Below are positions 46,790 through 56,718 of a DNA stretch of 64,000 nt, piece after piece. The stretch spans positions 1 through 64,000 of the IMG/VR virus record IMGVR_UViG_3300044997_001199; one strand, given 5' to 3'. The number at the start of each line of letters is the position of its first letter. Position 1 is the first letter of the stretch. The position numbers and the translations under genes were made by a program. A model generated the notes under the pieces. That model was given only the letters and a program-made list of their open reading frames with translations. It was not told the origin of the DNA and ran no database searches.

Positions 46790-47461
46790 GTGAAACTGAA
46801 CTTTCATCCCACGGACTGTGCCGGTGTTTATAGGATCACTGTGATAGATCCGCCTATGTCGGTGTCAGAGATCGTGGCACATCTTGCTGCAGATCCAGAC
46901 TGGGAACAGCCGGTCACGCATCCTGATACTGCCCATTGGGCAGTGAAATCTCTCACAGATTGGCAGACTCACGACTCTGTGTTGCAGGATATCTGTTGGC
47001 AATTGGACAGTGCCTGTGTCAAACAGCAGATACTGGATTTAGCCAGCCGCGATCAGATATTCCAAGAATTTTGGAGTTTTCCTAACCGGTCATGCCTGGA
47101 TTCCATTACCAATACCTACGCATACTTTATACAGACTCCGGCTCATTATGAAAATCATCCATGGCATGTTGATTGCAAAAATCTGTTGCTACAGGGCATG
47201 ATTTATCTTGTGGAACAGCCCAGCAACGATCAAGGCACTTGGTTTTGTAGAGATACATCGGTTCTGTACAACAGACATGACCCGGAAACCGAGCTGCGCT
47301 TGCCAGCAGCGCCCTGGCAAGGGTGGTTGTTGATCAACTCAGATCTCAGCTATCACCGTGCCTTGAATCTCACCGAGCAACCACGTTTCAGTATAAAGTT
47401 CGGACTGCAATTCAATCTCAAACGGCCACATCCGCGGATACCTGCAACACACAGTATCTAG
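46790..47461 (+). CDS. Hypothetical protein, possibly 2OG-Fe(II) oxygenase-like
   Basis: PWHVD (HxD), distal YHRA, RFSI; TAAATA at 46780. Confidence 0.55.
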   Translation: MKLNFHPTDCAGVYRITVIDPPMSVSEIVAHLAADPDWEQPVTHPDTAHWAVKSLTDWQTHDSVLQDICWQLDSACVKQQILDLASRDQIFQEFWSFPNRSCLDSITNTYAYFIQTPAHYENHPWHVDCKNLLLQGMIYLVEQPSNDQGTWFCRDTSVLYNRHDPETELRLPAAPWQGWLLINSDLSYHRALNLTEQPRFSIKFGLQFNLKRPHPRIPATHSI

Positions 47462-47484
47462 CAAATTTCTCAAGGAAACTGTCA

Positions 47485-47850
47485 ATGTCTAGCGTTTGGG
47501 GGTACCACTTAACTCTAGATTGTCGTGATGCAAATCGAGCACTCATGATGGAACGATACAATGTTGAATGCTTCGTCAAAGAACTGGTCAGTCGAATCAA
47601 CATGGATCCAATTGGAGAGCCGTGGATCGAATATACCGCGGCCGACTGTCCAGACAAAGCCGGATTCACTGCAGTGCAGATCATCGTAGCATCCAGCATT
47701 GTTGCACATTTTGTTAACGACACTGGTGACATCTATCTTGATGTGTTCGGTTTCCGAGAATTTGACATCGACGTGGTCAAATCGGTAGTACAAGATTATT
47801 TCAAACCCAAAAACATGAGAATGAACTTTCTCACTCGTCATGCTGGTTGA
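47485..47850 (+). CDS. S-adenosylmethionine decarboxylase-like proenzyme with altered active site
   Basis: WGYHLTLDC, GFTAVQII...SIVAHF, IYLDVF..REFD; canonical ES/TS and SC motifs changed. Confidence 0.7.
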   Translation: MSSVWGYHLTLDCRDANRALMMERYNVECFVKELVSRINMDPIGEPWIEYTAADCPDKAGFTAVQIIVASSIVAHFVNDTGDIYLDVFGFREFDIDVVKSVVQDYFKPKNMRMNFLTRHAG

Positions 47851-47851
47851 T

Positions 47852-47927
47852 TGGCCCGCCTCGAAGGATTCAAACGTACGACCACTGGGTTCGAAGACCA
47901 GAGCTCTTCCACTGAGCTAAGAGCGGT
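47852..47927 (-). pseudogene. Degenerate tRNA-Arg (TCG)
   Basis: Loop CT-TCG-AA and GCCA end, but broken T stem and TTTGAAT T-loop. Confidence 0.7.
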
Positions 47928-47930
47928 GTG

Positions 47931-47960
47931 TGGCACGCCTGGGTAGATTCAAGCCCGCGG
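47931..47960 (-). pseudogene. 3' tRNA fragment
   Basis: GCGGGCTTGAATCTACCCAGGCGTGCCA, T-arm and acceptor-like only. Confidence 0.5.
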
Positions 47961-47980
47961 CCTTTCCAACGGTACGAATT

Positions 47981-48058
47981 ACGAGTAGAGGGCAGGATTC
48001 AAACCTACGGTTTTAAGGATTTGCAGTCCCTTGCATTGGGCCACTCTGCCACCTCTAC
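47981..48058 (-). tRNA. tRNA-Cys (GCA), T-loop variant
   Basis: GTAGAGG/CCTCTAC acceptor, U73, AGGGA-CTGCAAA-TCCTT; TTTGAAT loop, CCA not encoded. Confidence 0.82.
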
Positions 48059-48062
48059 GTTT

Positions 48063-48097
48063 TGTCTCCGGGGGAGGAAATCGAACCCAACACCCGC
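48063..48097 (-). pseudogene. 3' tRNA fragment
   Basis: GGGTTCGATTTCCTCCCCCGGAGACA, T-loop plus acceptor-like strand. Confidence 0.45.
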
Positions 48098-48128
48098 ATG
48101 TTTGTGCTGAGCTGGATACAAAGCTTCT

Positions 48129-48157
48129 AAAGAAAATGGCCCATCGCTGGGCCATTT
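48129..48157 (-). terminator. Intrinsic terminator after the tmRNA coding piece
   Basis: AAATGGCCCA-GCGA-TGGGCCATTT then TCTTT. Confidence 0.8.
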
Positions 48158-48467
48158 GGTCGTTCTGTTGCCAGGTGACCAACCCCGACAGATCAAGCCG
48201 CTAGGCGGAGATCCTCAGCATAAACGTCGTCATTGGCGTTTATAAGTTTTGCTAGGTTTACGACCTTCGCCTCTCGTGCTGTCTGTATCTGTACTCATTT
48301 GTCCTGTCGAAACCAAAACCGGCCCATCATAAGCATACTAGATTTTATCGATACTACCGAATAATGGGAGGGCGACTCCATCTTACACCAGTATGCTTAT
48401 GGTGGACCGGGCGAGAGTCGAACTCGCGTCCAGAACACCTTTCCTTCAACTTCATACAGCAATAACT
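48130..48467 (-). ncRNA. ssrA: Circularly permuted two-piece tmRNA
   Basis: Acceptor piece ending GTTCGACTCTCGCCCGGTCCACCA (CCA at 48400) lies upstream of the coding piece starting GGGCCGGTTTTGGTTTCGAC (48325); G3:U70; tag ANDDVYAEDLRLAA* at 48237-48193. Confidence 0.92.
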
Positions 48468-48608
48468 GTTATTTATGTATTTTTTTGAACAGTCGGCAGT
48501 CTTCTGTGCTTCTTCGTTGTACCACAGACGTCGAGTGTAGTCCTGATCGATGTCCCGAAGATACTGGTCGGTGAAATACTTCACATGACCCTTGACCAAA
48601 TAAAACAA
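48354..48608 (-). CDS. Small hypothetical protein; 3' part reads into the tmRNA, so its true end is uncertain
   Basis: MFYLVKGHVKYFTDQYLRDIDQDYTRRLWYNEEAQ looks coding; the remainder overlaps promoter and RNA. Confidence 0.4.
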   Translation of the reverse strand: MFYLVKGHVKYFTDQYLRDIDQDYTRRLWYNEEAQKTADCSKKYINNSYCCMKLKERCSGREFDSRPVHHKHTGVRWSRPPIIR

Positions 48609-48668
48609 ATTGTATGTGTCCTATACAATATTTAAAATCAAAGCCCAAAAACTAATGCGATATGTTAA

Positions 48669-48887
48669 TCAGTCGCGGCAGCAATGTTGATCACGGTGAT
48701 CGAGACTCACATAGTCATCTTGATACACAGTTTGTTGACCACACTGTGACGGTGTTTGGATAGGTGAATGGATGAATGCACAGAGACATTTGCCGCATTG
48801 ATAGTCAGGCCGCATGATACGCTCACGCAAGGCTTCGGGATCTGAGTACTCGGAGGTTCGGATGTTTCGGCAGACACAAACTACCAT
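48669..48887 (-). CDS. Bfd-like [2Fe-2S] small protein
   Basis: MVVCVCRNI...CGKC Cys spacing. Confidence 0.6.
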   Translation of the reverse strand: MVVCVCRNIRTSEYSDPEALRERIMRPDYQCGKCLCAFIHSPIQTPSQCGQQTVYQDDYVSLDHRDQHCCRD

Positions 48888-48989
48888 GTCACGACCAGGT
48901 ACACGATGAAAGAAACAACCGCGATTGCCCAACAAGCAAATATGAATATCTGTAGCATTCCATATTTATGGCCTCACACAGTTATTGCG

Positions 48990-49168
48990 CGGCGGCAGCC
49001 AGTCGGCATAGACGCGCTGGAAGTCGCGCTCGACGGTGCGGGCCCGGTAGTCGATGCCGAACTGCTTTGCATAGTCGTCGATCGTGCGCGCGCTGCCAAG
49101 CCCGAACACGCCCAGCTCGCGCCGCTCGTAGAGCAGGTCGGCGAGCCGCTCGTAGAGCAGGTCAGCGA
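48990..49168 (-). pseudogene. GC-rich internal fragment of a foreign gene, GlcNAc-transferase-like C-terminus
   Basis: ADLLYERRELGVFGLGSARTIDDYAKQFGIDYRARTVERDFQRVYADWL; GLG..R....Y....GID pattern; no start codon of its own. Confidence 0.5.
49121..49168. repeat. 24-bp tandem duplication at the res truncation point
   Basis: GCCGCTCGTAGAGCAGGTC(G/A)GCGA x2, one mismatch. Confidence 0.95.
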
Positions 49169-49276
49169 GAACGCACACTTGCGCGATTTACGGCGCCAGT
49201 CATCCTGCGCATCTTTCAGGTTGTTCAATGCATCGCGCACGGCGTCGCGTTGATAGTCCTTGAGGGTGAACTTCAT
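49160..49276 (-). pseudogene. res: Type III restriction subunit (Res), first ~39 codons only
   Basis: MKFTLKDYQRDAV...AFSLT follows mod and breaks just before the expected Walker A motif. Confidence 0.8.
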
Positions 49277-49278
49277 CT

Positions 49279-51381
49279 TTATTCCCCATTCGCAAAGCTG
49301 AAATTGGACAGGTACGACTCATACAGCCGCACTGGCTCGATGCCATCAGGTAGGCGCTTGGCAATGGCCTGAAAGCGCCGGTCGTCGTCGGTGACGATGT
49401 AGGCAATGCGCAAAGCACTGGCTTGACTCACTGCAAGGATGAACGGCGTGGCTTGATCCACCTCGGTCAACAAACCATAGGTATCCGCCACTGCCCATCC
49501 CTCGGGCGGCAATTTGTCGATGCGGCGGCCTTGTGCCCCCGCCCGCAACCACAGCATGGGCGCGATGCGTGCATACGCAAGGTTGTGATTGACGGCGCTC
49601 TTGGCCTCGTAGGTCAGGGTGAAGAACTCGGCGTTTTCCTCGAAACCCTCGGCCATCGGAAATTCGTCGGTGAACTTGTAATCGCCCTTGATCGGCTCAC
49701 CAGCAGGCGTCGTGCCGGTAATCGCAGCAGCCACGCGCGGCTTGGTGATGTAGTCGCAGATGCCGTGCTTTTCCCATTCGGGATCTCCGGGTCGCAAACC
49801 CTGCTCTCGCAGCACCTTTTGCTCATCAGCGGCCACCTCGTTGTTGGTCACCGAAATGCACTGGCGTCGCCCACCGTCTTGACGGTTCAGGCGCATCACG
49901 GCATGGGCCGTGGTGCCGGATCCGGAGAAGAAATCAAGAACTATTGCGTCAATCTTCTTGGAAACAAAAAAACGTAGTGCATCTTCTACTGCATAAAGAG
50001 ATTTGGGGAAATCAAAAGCGTGACCAGGAATAAGAGCCTTGATTATTGACTTCCCATGCTCTTGTGCACTATGCGACTCATAATCCCACTGAGTTGTTGG
50101 CATAGTTGCTTTACCCGTCTCAAATTCAACTATTGCAGCGCCACTGGCTTCGTAGCCCTTAACCTTAAGGTCACCCGCCGAAATCTCCTTTATTTGACCA
50201 CTTGTTAGGTAATAAAGCGCAGGCTCTTTATTTCCTCGCCCTGCTACGGCCTTAACATATCCGCCTTTAAGACGCGACCTAAGTGAATCAGGTGTTAGCC
50301 CCCAGTTCATCTCCGTTCCATCAGGTCGAACGGGCCAGATCGTAAAACACCCATCTCGACCACTTACAGTATGACGTTCAATGTGCGGTGGAATGGGCTC
50401 ACCAATCGCCTCAATAGCAGATGTCTTCTTGTTTACATAAATGGGGAAAAATTGGGACTGTCCACCTTTGGCAGTTCCTCTGCGGGATTCAATGTCTGTA
50501 CGCCGCAGGCTCGCCCACCTTACGGCGGCACCTGTATCGGCCCTGCTAGGGTTAAGTCTGGCCGAGCCAAACAATGCAAAATATATAAACTCATTTGTTC
50601 GAGTAAATTCATTTGCTCGAACTATTCCCTTTCGGTTAATTACGGATGTCACCATTTGAATCTTGGCTTCCGGAAAAACCTGCTCCAATAAAAGGCCCAA
50701 CCGAAGGTATTCTTTTTCGTCAATTGAAGCGATAAGCACTGAGTCGGCAGGATTCAGTAATTCCTTTGCCACTAGCAGGCGCCTCTCCATCATCGCCAGC
50801 CACTTGCTGTGTCGATATAGGTCGTCACCTTCGACGTAGTCATTGTTGTACTTCCAGTCCTTTGCGCCTGAGTTGTAGGGCGGGTCGATGTAGATGGCGT
50901 CGACTTTGCCGCGGTGTGTGTAGGTCAGCACCTTCAACACGTGGTAGTTCTCGCCGTTCATGACCGTGTGGAAGGGTTTGTCGCCGCCGCGCGTGACCTT
51001 GCCGGTGCTAACCATGCCTGGATAAATCGTGTCGCGGAACTCGGCCACCACAATCAAAGCGGCCAGCGGCACCGATTGTATTTCTGGAACTGCTGTATCC
51101 AGCAGTTCCAAGTCAGCAACTTTAATGGCCTTGTGAATGGCTTTGACCTGCCACAAGCGCTGATCTCCCTTTTTGACCGAGCCACGGTCAGGCAGCACGC
51201 GCACCTTGTCACCCTTGCGGACGGGGCGCAGCGGCAACTCCACCGCCTCCGGACTATGGCGTTCAAAGTTCAGACCAAACGGCAGCCGAGAGGAGAGCAA
51301 TTTGAACTCGCGTTCGAGATCGGCTCCTAGATGTGAGTCCTTGGCTTTGGCCTTAGCGAGTAGATCAGTGAGTCGAGACAC
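49279..51381 (-). CDS. mod: Type III R-M methyltransferase (Mod), intact
   Basis: GENYHVL, IYIDPPYN (motif IV), WL.MMERRL, FDFPKS, LDFFSGSGTT (motif I); res start directly downstream. Confidence 0.93.
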   Translation of the reverse strand: MSRLTDLLAKAKAKDSHLGADLEREFKLLSSRLPFGLNFERHSPEAVELPLRPVRKGDKVRVLPDRGSVKKGDQRLWQVKAIHKAIKVADLELLDTAVPEIQSVPLAALIVVAEFRDTIYPGMVSTGKVTRGGDKPFHTVMNGENYHVLKVLTYTHRGKVDAIYIDPPYNSGAKDWKYNNDYVEGDDLYRHSKWLAMMERRLLVAKELLNPADSVLIASIDEKEYLRLGLLLEQVFPEAKIQMVTSVINRKGIVRANEFTRTNEFIYFALFGSARLNPSRADTGAAVRWASLRRTDIESRRGTAKGGQSQFFPIYVNKKTSAIEAIGEPIPPHIERHTVSGRDGCFTIWPVRPDGTEMNWGLTPDSLRSRLKGGYVKAVAGRGNKEPALYYLTSGQIKEISAGDLKVKGYEASGAAIVEFETGKATMPTTQWDYESHSAQEHGKSIIKALIPGHAFDFPKSLYAVEDALRFFVSKKIDAIVLDFFSGSGTTAHAVMRLNRQDGGRRQCISVTNNEVAADEQKVLREQGLRPGDPEWEKHGICDYITKPRVAAAITGTTPAGEPIKGDYKFTDEFPMAEGFEENAEFFTLTYEAKSAVNHNLAYARIAPMLWLRAGAQGRRIDKLPPEGWAVADTYGLLTEVDQATPFILAVSQASALRIAYIVTDDDRRFQAIAKRLPDGIEPVRLYESYLSNFSFANGE

Positions 51382-51411
51382 GGCGCCCCCCTGTATTTGG
51401 TGATGCTCTCG

Positions 51412-51567
51412 TCAGCTTGGTTTCCCCAGACGGCCCACCCAGGCCGCCCGCCTCTGAAAATACTGCGGTCGGTCGGTACCTTGTGCAATGTAGGCTAAGA
51501 CCTTGTTGCCATCCACGAGATAGGTGTGGTTGTAGCTCCAGTCTGTGACTTCTCTTACTGCTTCCAT
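51412..51567 (-). pseudogene. Small phage gene interrupted by the mod-bearing segment
   Basis: MEAVREVTDWSYNHTYLVDGNKVLAYIAQGTDRPQYF in phage-like codons switches near 51455 to GC-rich RRAAWVGRLGKPS*. Confidence 0.6.
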
Positions 51568-51594
51568 GATGGACCCGATGCGTGGCAATGATTC

Positions 51595-51623
51595 ATTGTA
51601 ACCTAGATTGCTTCGATGGTCAA
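51595..51623 (-). promoter_or_regulatory. sigma70-type early promoter
   Basis: TTGACC-N17-TACAAT. Confidence 0.75.
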
Positions 51624-51629
51624 TCGTGC

Positions 51630-51854
51630 TCAGTTGGGGACGTCGTATTGCCAGGCAAGATTAACTACCAAAACATCGTCGCGCTGGAGAGCAGCATGCA
51701 GGCTCTGGGCAATGGCAGCATCGGCCAGGAGATAGTGAGCCGTGACCAGCTCATCCACTGTGACGTGCTCAGATCCGATTTGACCATCCAGTACAGCCTG
51801 CACGACCATGCTACGATCAATGCTGATGAAGATCATGTCGTCGCGATCATTCAT
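51630..51854 (-). CDS. Small early hypothetical protein
   Basis: 74-aa ORF with ATGA overlap to upstream gene. Confidence 0.65.
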   Translation of the reverse strand: MNDRDDMIFISIDRSMVVQAVLDGQIGSEHVTVDELVTAHYLLADAAIAQSLHAALQRDDVLVVNLAWQYDVPN

Positions 51855-52075
51855 GCTGCGTGATCCTGGGTCAGGATTTCCACGGTGAGCCTTTGCACAG
51901 TTTGTCTCATGCTCTGTGACATCTTGCGCAAACTGGTATCATCGGCCTGCAAGGGCACAATGGCGCTGACCGCGCCTATCATCTTGGCATTGGCAATGTC
52001 TTCGCTGGAACTCGCGGCCCTGAAAGCCGCGCGCATATCGTTCCAATCCTTGATGAATTCTGCATATGCGGTCAT
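51851..52075 (-). CDS. Small early hypothetical protein
   Basis: 74-aa ORF, RBS AAGGAG. Confidence 0.75.
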   Translation of the reverse strand: MTAYAEFIKDWNDMRAAFRAASSSEDIANAKMIGAVSAIVPLQADDTSLRKMSQSMRQTVQRLTVEILTQDHAA

Positions 52076-52084
52076 GCTAGCTCC

Positions 52085-52498
52085 TTAGGCAGTGACAGTG
52101 TAGGGACGGTTCCAACGGCCCAGTTGCACATCCACATACCAACCGCGATCATGGTAGTCATACTCGATCTCGCTGCGATCCCAGTTGCCGTCGTTGAGAG
52201 CACTAATCAGTTCGCTCAGTGCCTCACGGGCCACACCGTCAAAATGATTGCGATAGTGGTAGACGTTGACGTCAATGTCGCCCCAGTCAGCACTCCGGGC
52301 AAAGTAGTCTGCGTGGTTGCGGCCCATGACGTCTTTGTGGTTGCCAACAAAGTCAATCTTACCACCGGTGAGAGTAAGCACCACGGTCCTGTGGTTGCGG
52401 ACACTCAGGCTTCCCTTGATGCCGTACTTGTTGAGGATGTTCTTGACAGCGGGGGCAATTTGCGTCTTGCGTTCTTGACTGAAATATGCCATGGTCAC
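52085..52498 (-). CDS. Small early hypothetical protein
   Basis: 137-aa ORF, RBS AGGAG, promoter upstream. Confidence 0.8.
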   Translation of the reverse strand: MTMAYFSQERKTQIAPAVKNILNKYGIKGSLSVRNHRTVVLTLTGGKIDFVGNHKDVMGRNHADYFARSADWGDIDVNVYHYRNHFDGVAREALSELISALNDGNWDRSEIEYDYHDRGWYVDVQLGRWNRPYTVTA

Positions 52499-52526
52499 TG
52501 CTCCTGTGTTGTTACGCTATGTGTGT

Positions 52527-52555
52527 ATATTACAGTGAGCCCCGTTATCGGTCAA
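52527..52555 (-). promoter_or_regulatory. sigma70-type early promoter
   Basis: TTGACC-N17-TAATAT. Confidence 0.75.
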
Positions 52556-52594
52556 CCATATTGTATTTCGTCGGGTGTGCTACTGCTGTCAGAG

Positions 52595-54893
<2,299 letters not shown>

Positions 54894-54903
54894 GGCGATT
54901 TCC

Positions 54904-55008
54904 TTAGAATGGATTGGTCAGTGCAGCCAACACGCCCAGGCTGGTAACAATCAGCACGAAAGTGCCCACAGCAGCAATAATCAGACGCAGTTCTGTTTGA
55001 GTAGTCAT
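54904..55008 (-). CDS. 34-aa single-pass membrane peptide (not in ORF track)
   Basis: MTTQTELRLIIAAVGTFVLIVTSLGVLAALTNPF*, RBS AAGGA, fills the operon gap. Confidence 0.6.
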   Translation of the reverse strand: MTTQTELRLIIAAVGTFVLIVTSLGVLAALTNPF

Positions 55009-55018
55009 TGATATGTCC

Positions 55019-55279
55019 TTACAGTGTGTCAAGAAAAGCCCGACAATCTGTGTAGTCGCGGAACACTTGATTGCCATGGCAGTTGGTAGTCATCGTGATA
55101 AAGTGACGATTGAAAATCTGCACAGTGTAGTCTAGGCTTCGAGCACGACCGAAGATCACTGTCTCGAATTGTGTGCCTCGGTGATTGGACTGCTTGCCAG
55201 TGAGTACACCATAGGGAGCAGTGAATTCACGACTGGTGGCACGGGCATAGATAGCAGGTTGGATGCTTTGGCTGTTCAC
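55019..55279 (-). CDS. Small early hypothetical protein
   Basis: 86-aa ORF in same-strand run. Confidence 0.7.
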   Translation of the reverse strand: MNSQSIQPAIYARATSREFTAPYGVLTGKQSNHRGTQFETVIFGRARSLDYTVQIFNRHFITMTTNCHGNQVFRDYTDCRAFLDTL

Positions 55280-55305
55280 GATTGTTGCTGCGTATCACGT
55301 GTTGA

Positions 55306-55746
55306 TTAACATGCACAATGGTTTTCATTCAGTGCCTCTAGATAACGATGCAGTTCTTTGTCTCGGGGTTGCACGGTATAATTGTGTTTGAAAAAGATTT
55401 CGTAGCTGTCAGACCCATACTGGCCAATGCCATAGAGTTTGCGAGCATCGTCGTGCTGCCATGTCACGAAATCACGAGTCATGCCGCGCAGCCGCTTGAG
55501 CCTGACCGTGACCAAGCCCAAGGGCCAGATTACCTCGCACACTTCTTCATCAGTGGCACGACAGAATTGCTGCGGTGTGGGCCAGCGGTCAATGAATATG
55601 GGCAGCACGGTTTTCACGGGTTTCCTGCCAGTCTGATTCAGCATGATCACAGCCACCATGTGTTGCCAGGCACCGTTTACGCTGTGTCCATCTGGCAACT
55701 GTTCCTGCACCATGAGATCATCTCTCAGCGGTTGTATCATCGCCAC
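55306..55746 (-). CDS. HhH-GPD DNA glycosylase (MBD4-like)
   Basis: IMLNQT, WPTP, IWPLGL, LYGIGQYGSDSY helix-hairpin-helix with catalytic Asp. Confidence 0.85.
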   Translation of the reverse strand: MAMIQPLRDDLMVQEQLPDGHSVNGAWQHMVAVIMLNQTGRKPVKTVLPIFIDRWPTPQQFCRATDEEVCEVIWPLGLVTVRLKRLRGMTRDFVTWQHDDARKLYGIGQYGSDSYEIFFKHNYTVQPRDKELHRYLEALNENHCAC

Positions 55747-56291
55747 CAGACCTCCCAGGGAAAATCAATCCAGACATCTTCTTCCAATTTGTTGATGGTT
55801 CGACCAATGAAATCAGGTTCGCGCCAGCACTCGCTGCTTTCGTTGTTTACCAACACTGCAAATTTTACATTGTGTCCCCAGACGTCGTCCCATTCGGGAT
55901 TGTTGGGCAAACAACTGTTTTGCCAGTCCTGGCGGATCCAGTTCAAGGTGGCGCCGGAATCATTGATGTCGTCCACGATGAGAATATTTTTACGCAGTGT
56001 GGAGGATGACGCCGCGGTACCCGGCAAAGACCTCTCATCTCGATAACTCACATAACCAAAAGCGTCCTGGCCCATCCAGCAGTTAGATTCTGTGTCTGAG
56101 TCATCACGCAGACTGACTTTGAGAGTTTGCATGGGCACATTGAGATATTGGCTCAGCAAAACCGCAGGAGTGAGACCTCCTCGTGTGATCCCCACAATGT
56201 AGTCGGGCAACCATTGATGTTGTTGTATCTGGCGGATGAGTTCATGGGTGAGACCTTGTACATCAGTCCATGTCAGTGGCATTGTTTTCAT
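55737..56291 (-). CDS. Type I phosphoribosyltransferase (xanthine/guanine PRT-like)
   Basis: VGITRGGL, ILIVDDINDSGAT PRPP motif, WIDFPWE. Confidence 0.9.
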   Translation of the reverse strand: MKTMPLTWTDVQGLTHELIRQIQQHQWLPDYIVGITRGGLTPAVLLSQYLNVPMQTLKVSLRDDSDTESNCWMGQDAFGYVSYRDERSLPGTAASSSTLRKNILIVDDINDSGATLNWIRQDWQNSCLPNNPEWDDVWGHNVKFAVLVNNESSECWREPDFIGRTINKLEEDVWIDFPWEVWWR

Positions 56292-56473
56292 TCTTCAACT
56301 CCGAAATGTTGTTTGAATCTATCTCTATAAAGTTGTTTTGCGTGTTCTAAGAAAGTCCTATACAAATTATTTTCATAATCTTCATTACTCATAAAACTCA
56401 AAGGATCTATAGCGGCTATGAGATGAACATCGGAAGAATACTTGATGCCTTGTATTTGTCTAACACAATGCAT
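56288..56473 (-). CDS. Small hypothetical protein; start uncertain
   Basis: Ends KQHFGVEE with ATGA overlap; annotated start overlaps the -10 box. Confidence 0.45.
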   Translation of the reverse strand: MHCVRQIQGIKYSSDVHLIAAIDPLSFMSNEDYENNLYRTFLEHAKQLYRDRFKQHFGVEE

Positions 56474-56500
56474 TGTAGGCTAGTCTCAGTTATCGGTCAA
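56472..56500 (-). promoter_or_regulatory. sigma70-type early promoter
   Basis: TTGACC-N17-TACAAT. Confidence 0.75.
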
Positions 56501-56708
56501 CCGGAACACAACTGGCAGTGATTTCTTTGACCTCAGGTCGTTGCTGATGTTTTTTCGCCCGTTGCCTTGAGACCCCCACGCAGCTAGCAAGGTCGTGGAA
56601 TCCCTTGCGTTCCACGATTTCGTTGCCGTCGGAGGCAAACAGTGTGACAGTAAGTATCCAGATTGTGTTCATAGCATTATATATTTCTCTGCAGTCGAGA
56701 CTGTTCAT
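56490..56708 (-). CDS. Small hypothetical protein
   Basis: WILTVTLF...C......C..V pattern of short exported phage proteins. Confidence 0.5.
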   Translation of the reverse strand: MNSLDCREIYNAMNTIWILTVTLFASDGNEIVERKGFHDLASCVGVSRQRAKKHQQRPEVKEITASCVPVDR

Positions 56709-56718
56709 AAGTATTTCT

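Noticed and set aside
47852-48058. TCGA restriction-site avoidance as the cause of T-loop changes
   Set aside because: TCGA is common throughout the window, including in intact tRNAs
361-48467. attL/attR pair formed by the two tmRNA-like segments
   Set aside because: They are inverted, only 33/38 identical, and cover the 5' part of the acceptor piece rather than the 3' end usually duplicated; no integrase seen
48974-49276. 100-aa ORF as a functional Res or novel protein
   Set aside because: Only the first ~39 codons are Res-like; the rest is an out-of-frame read through the foreign scrap
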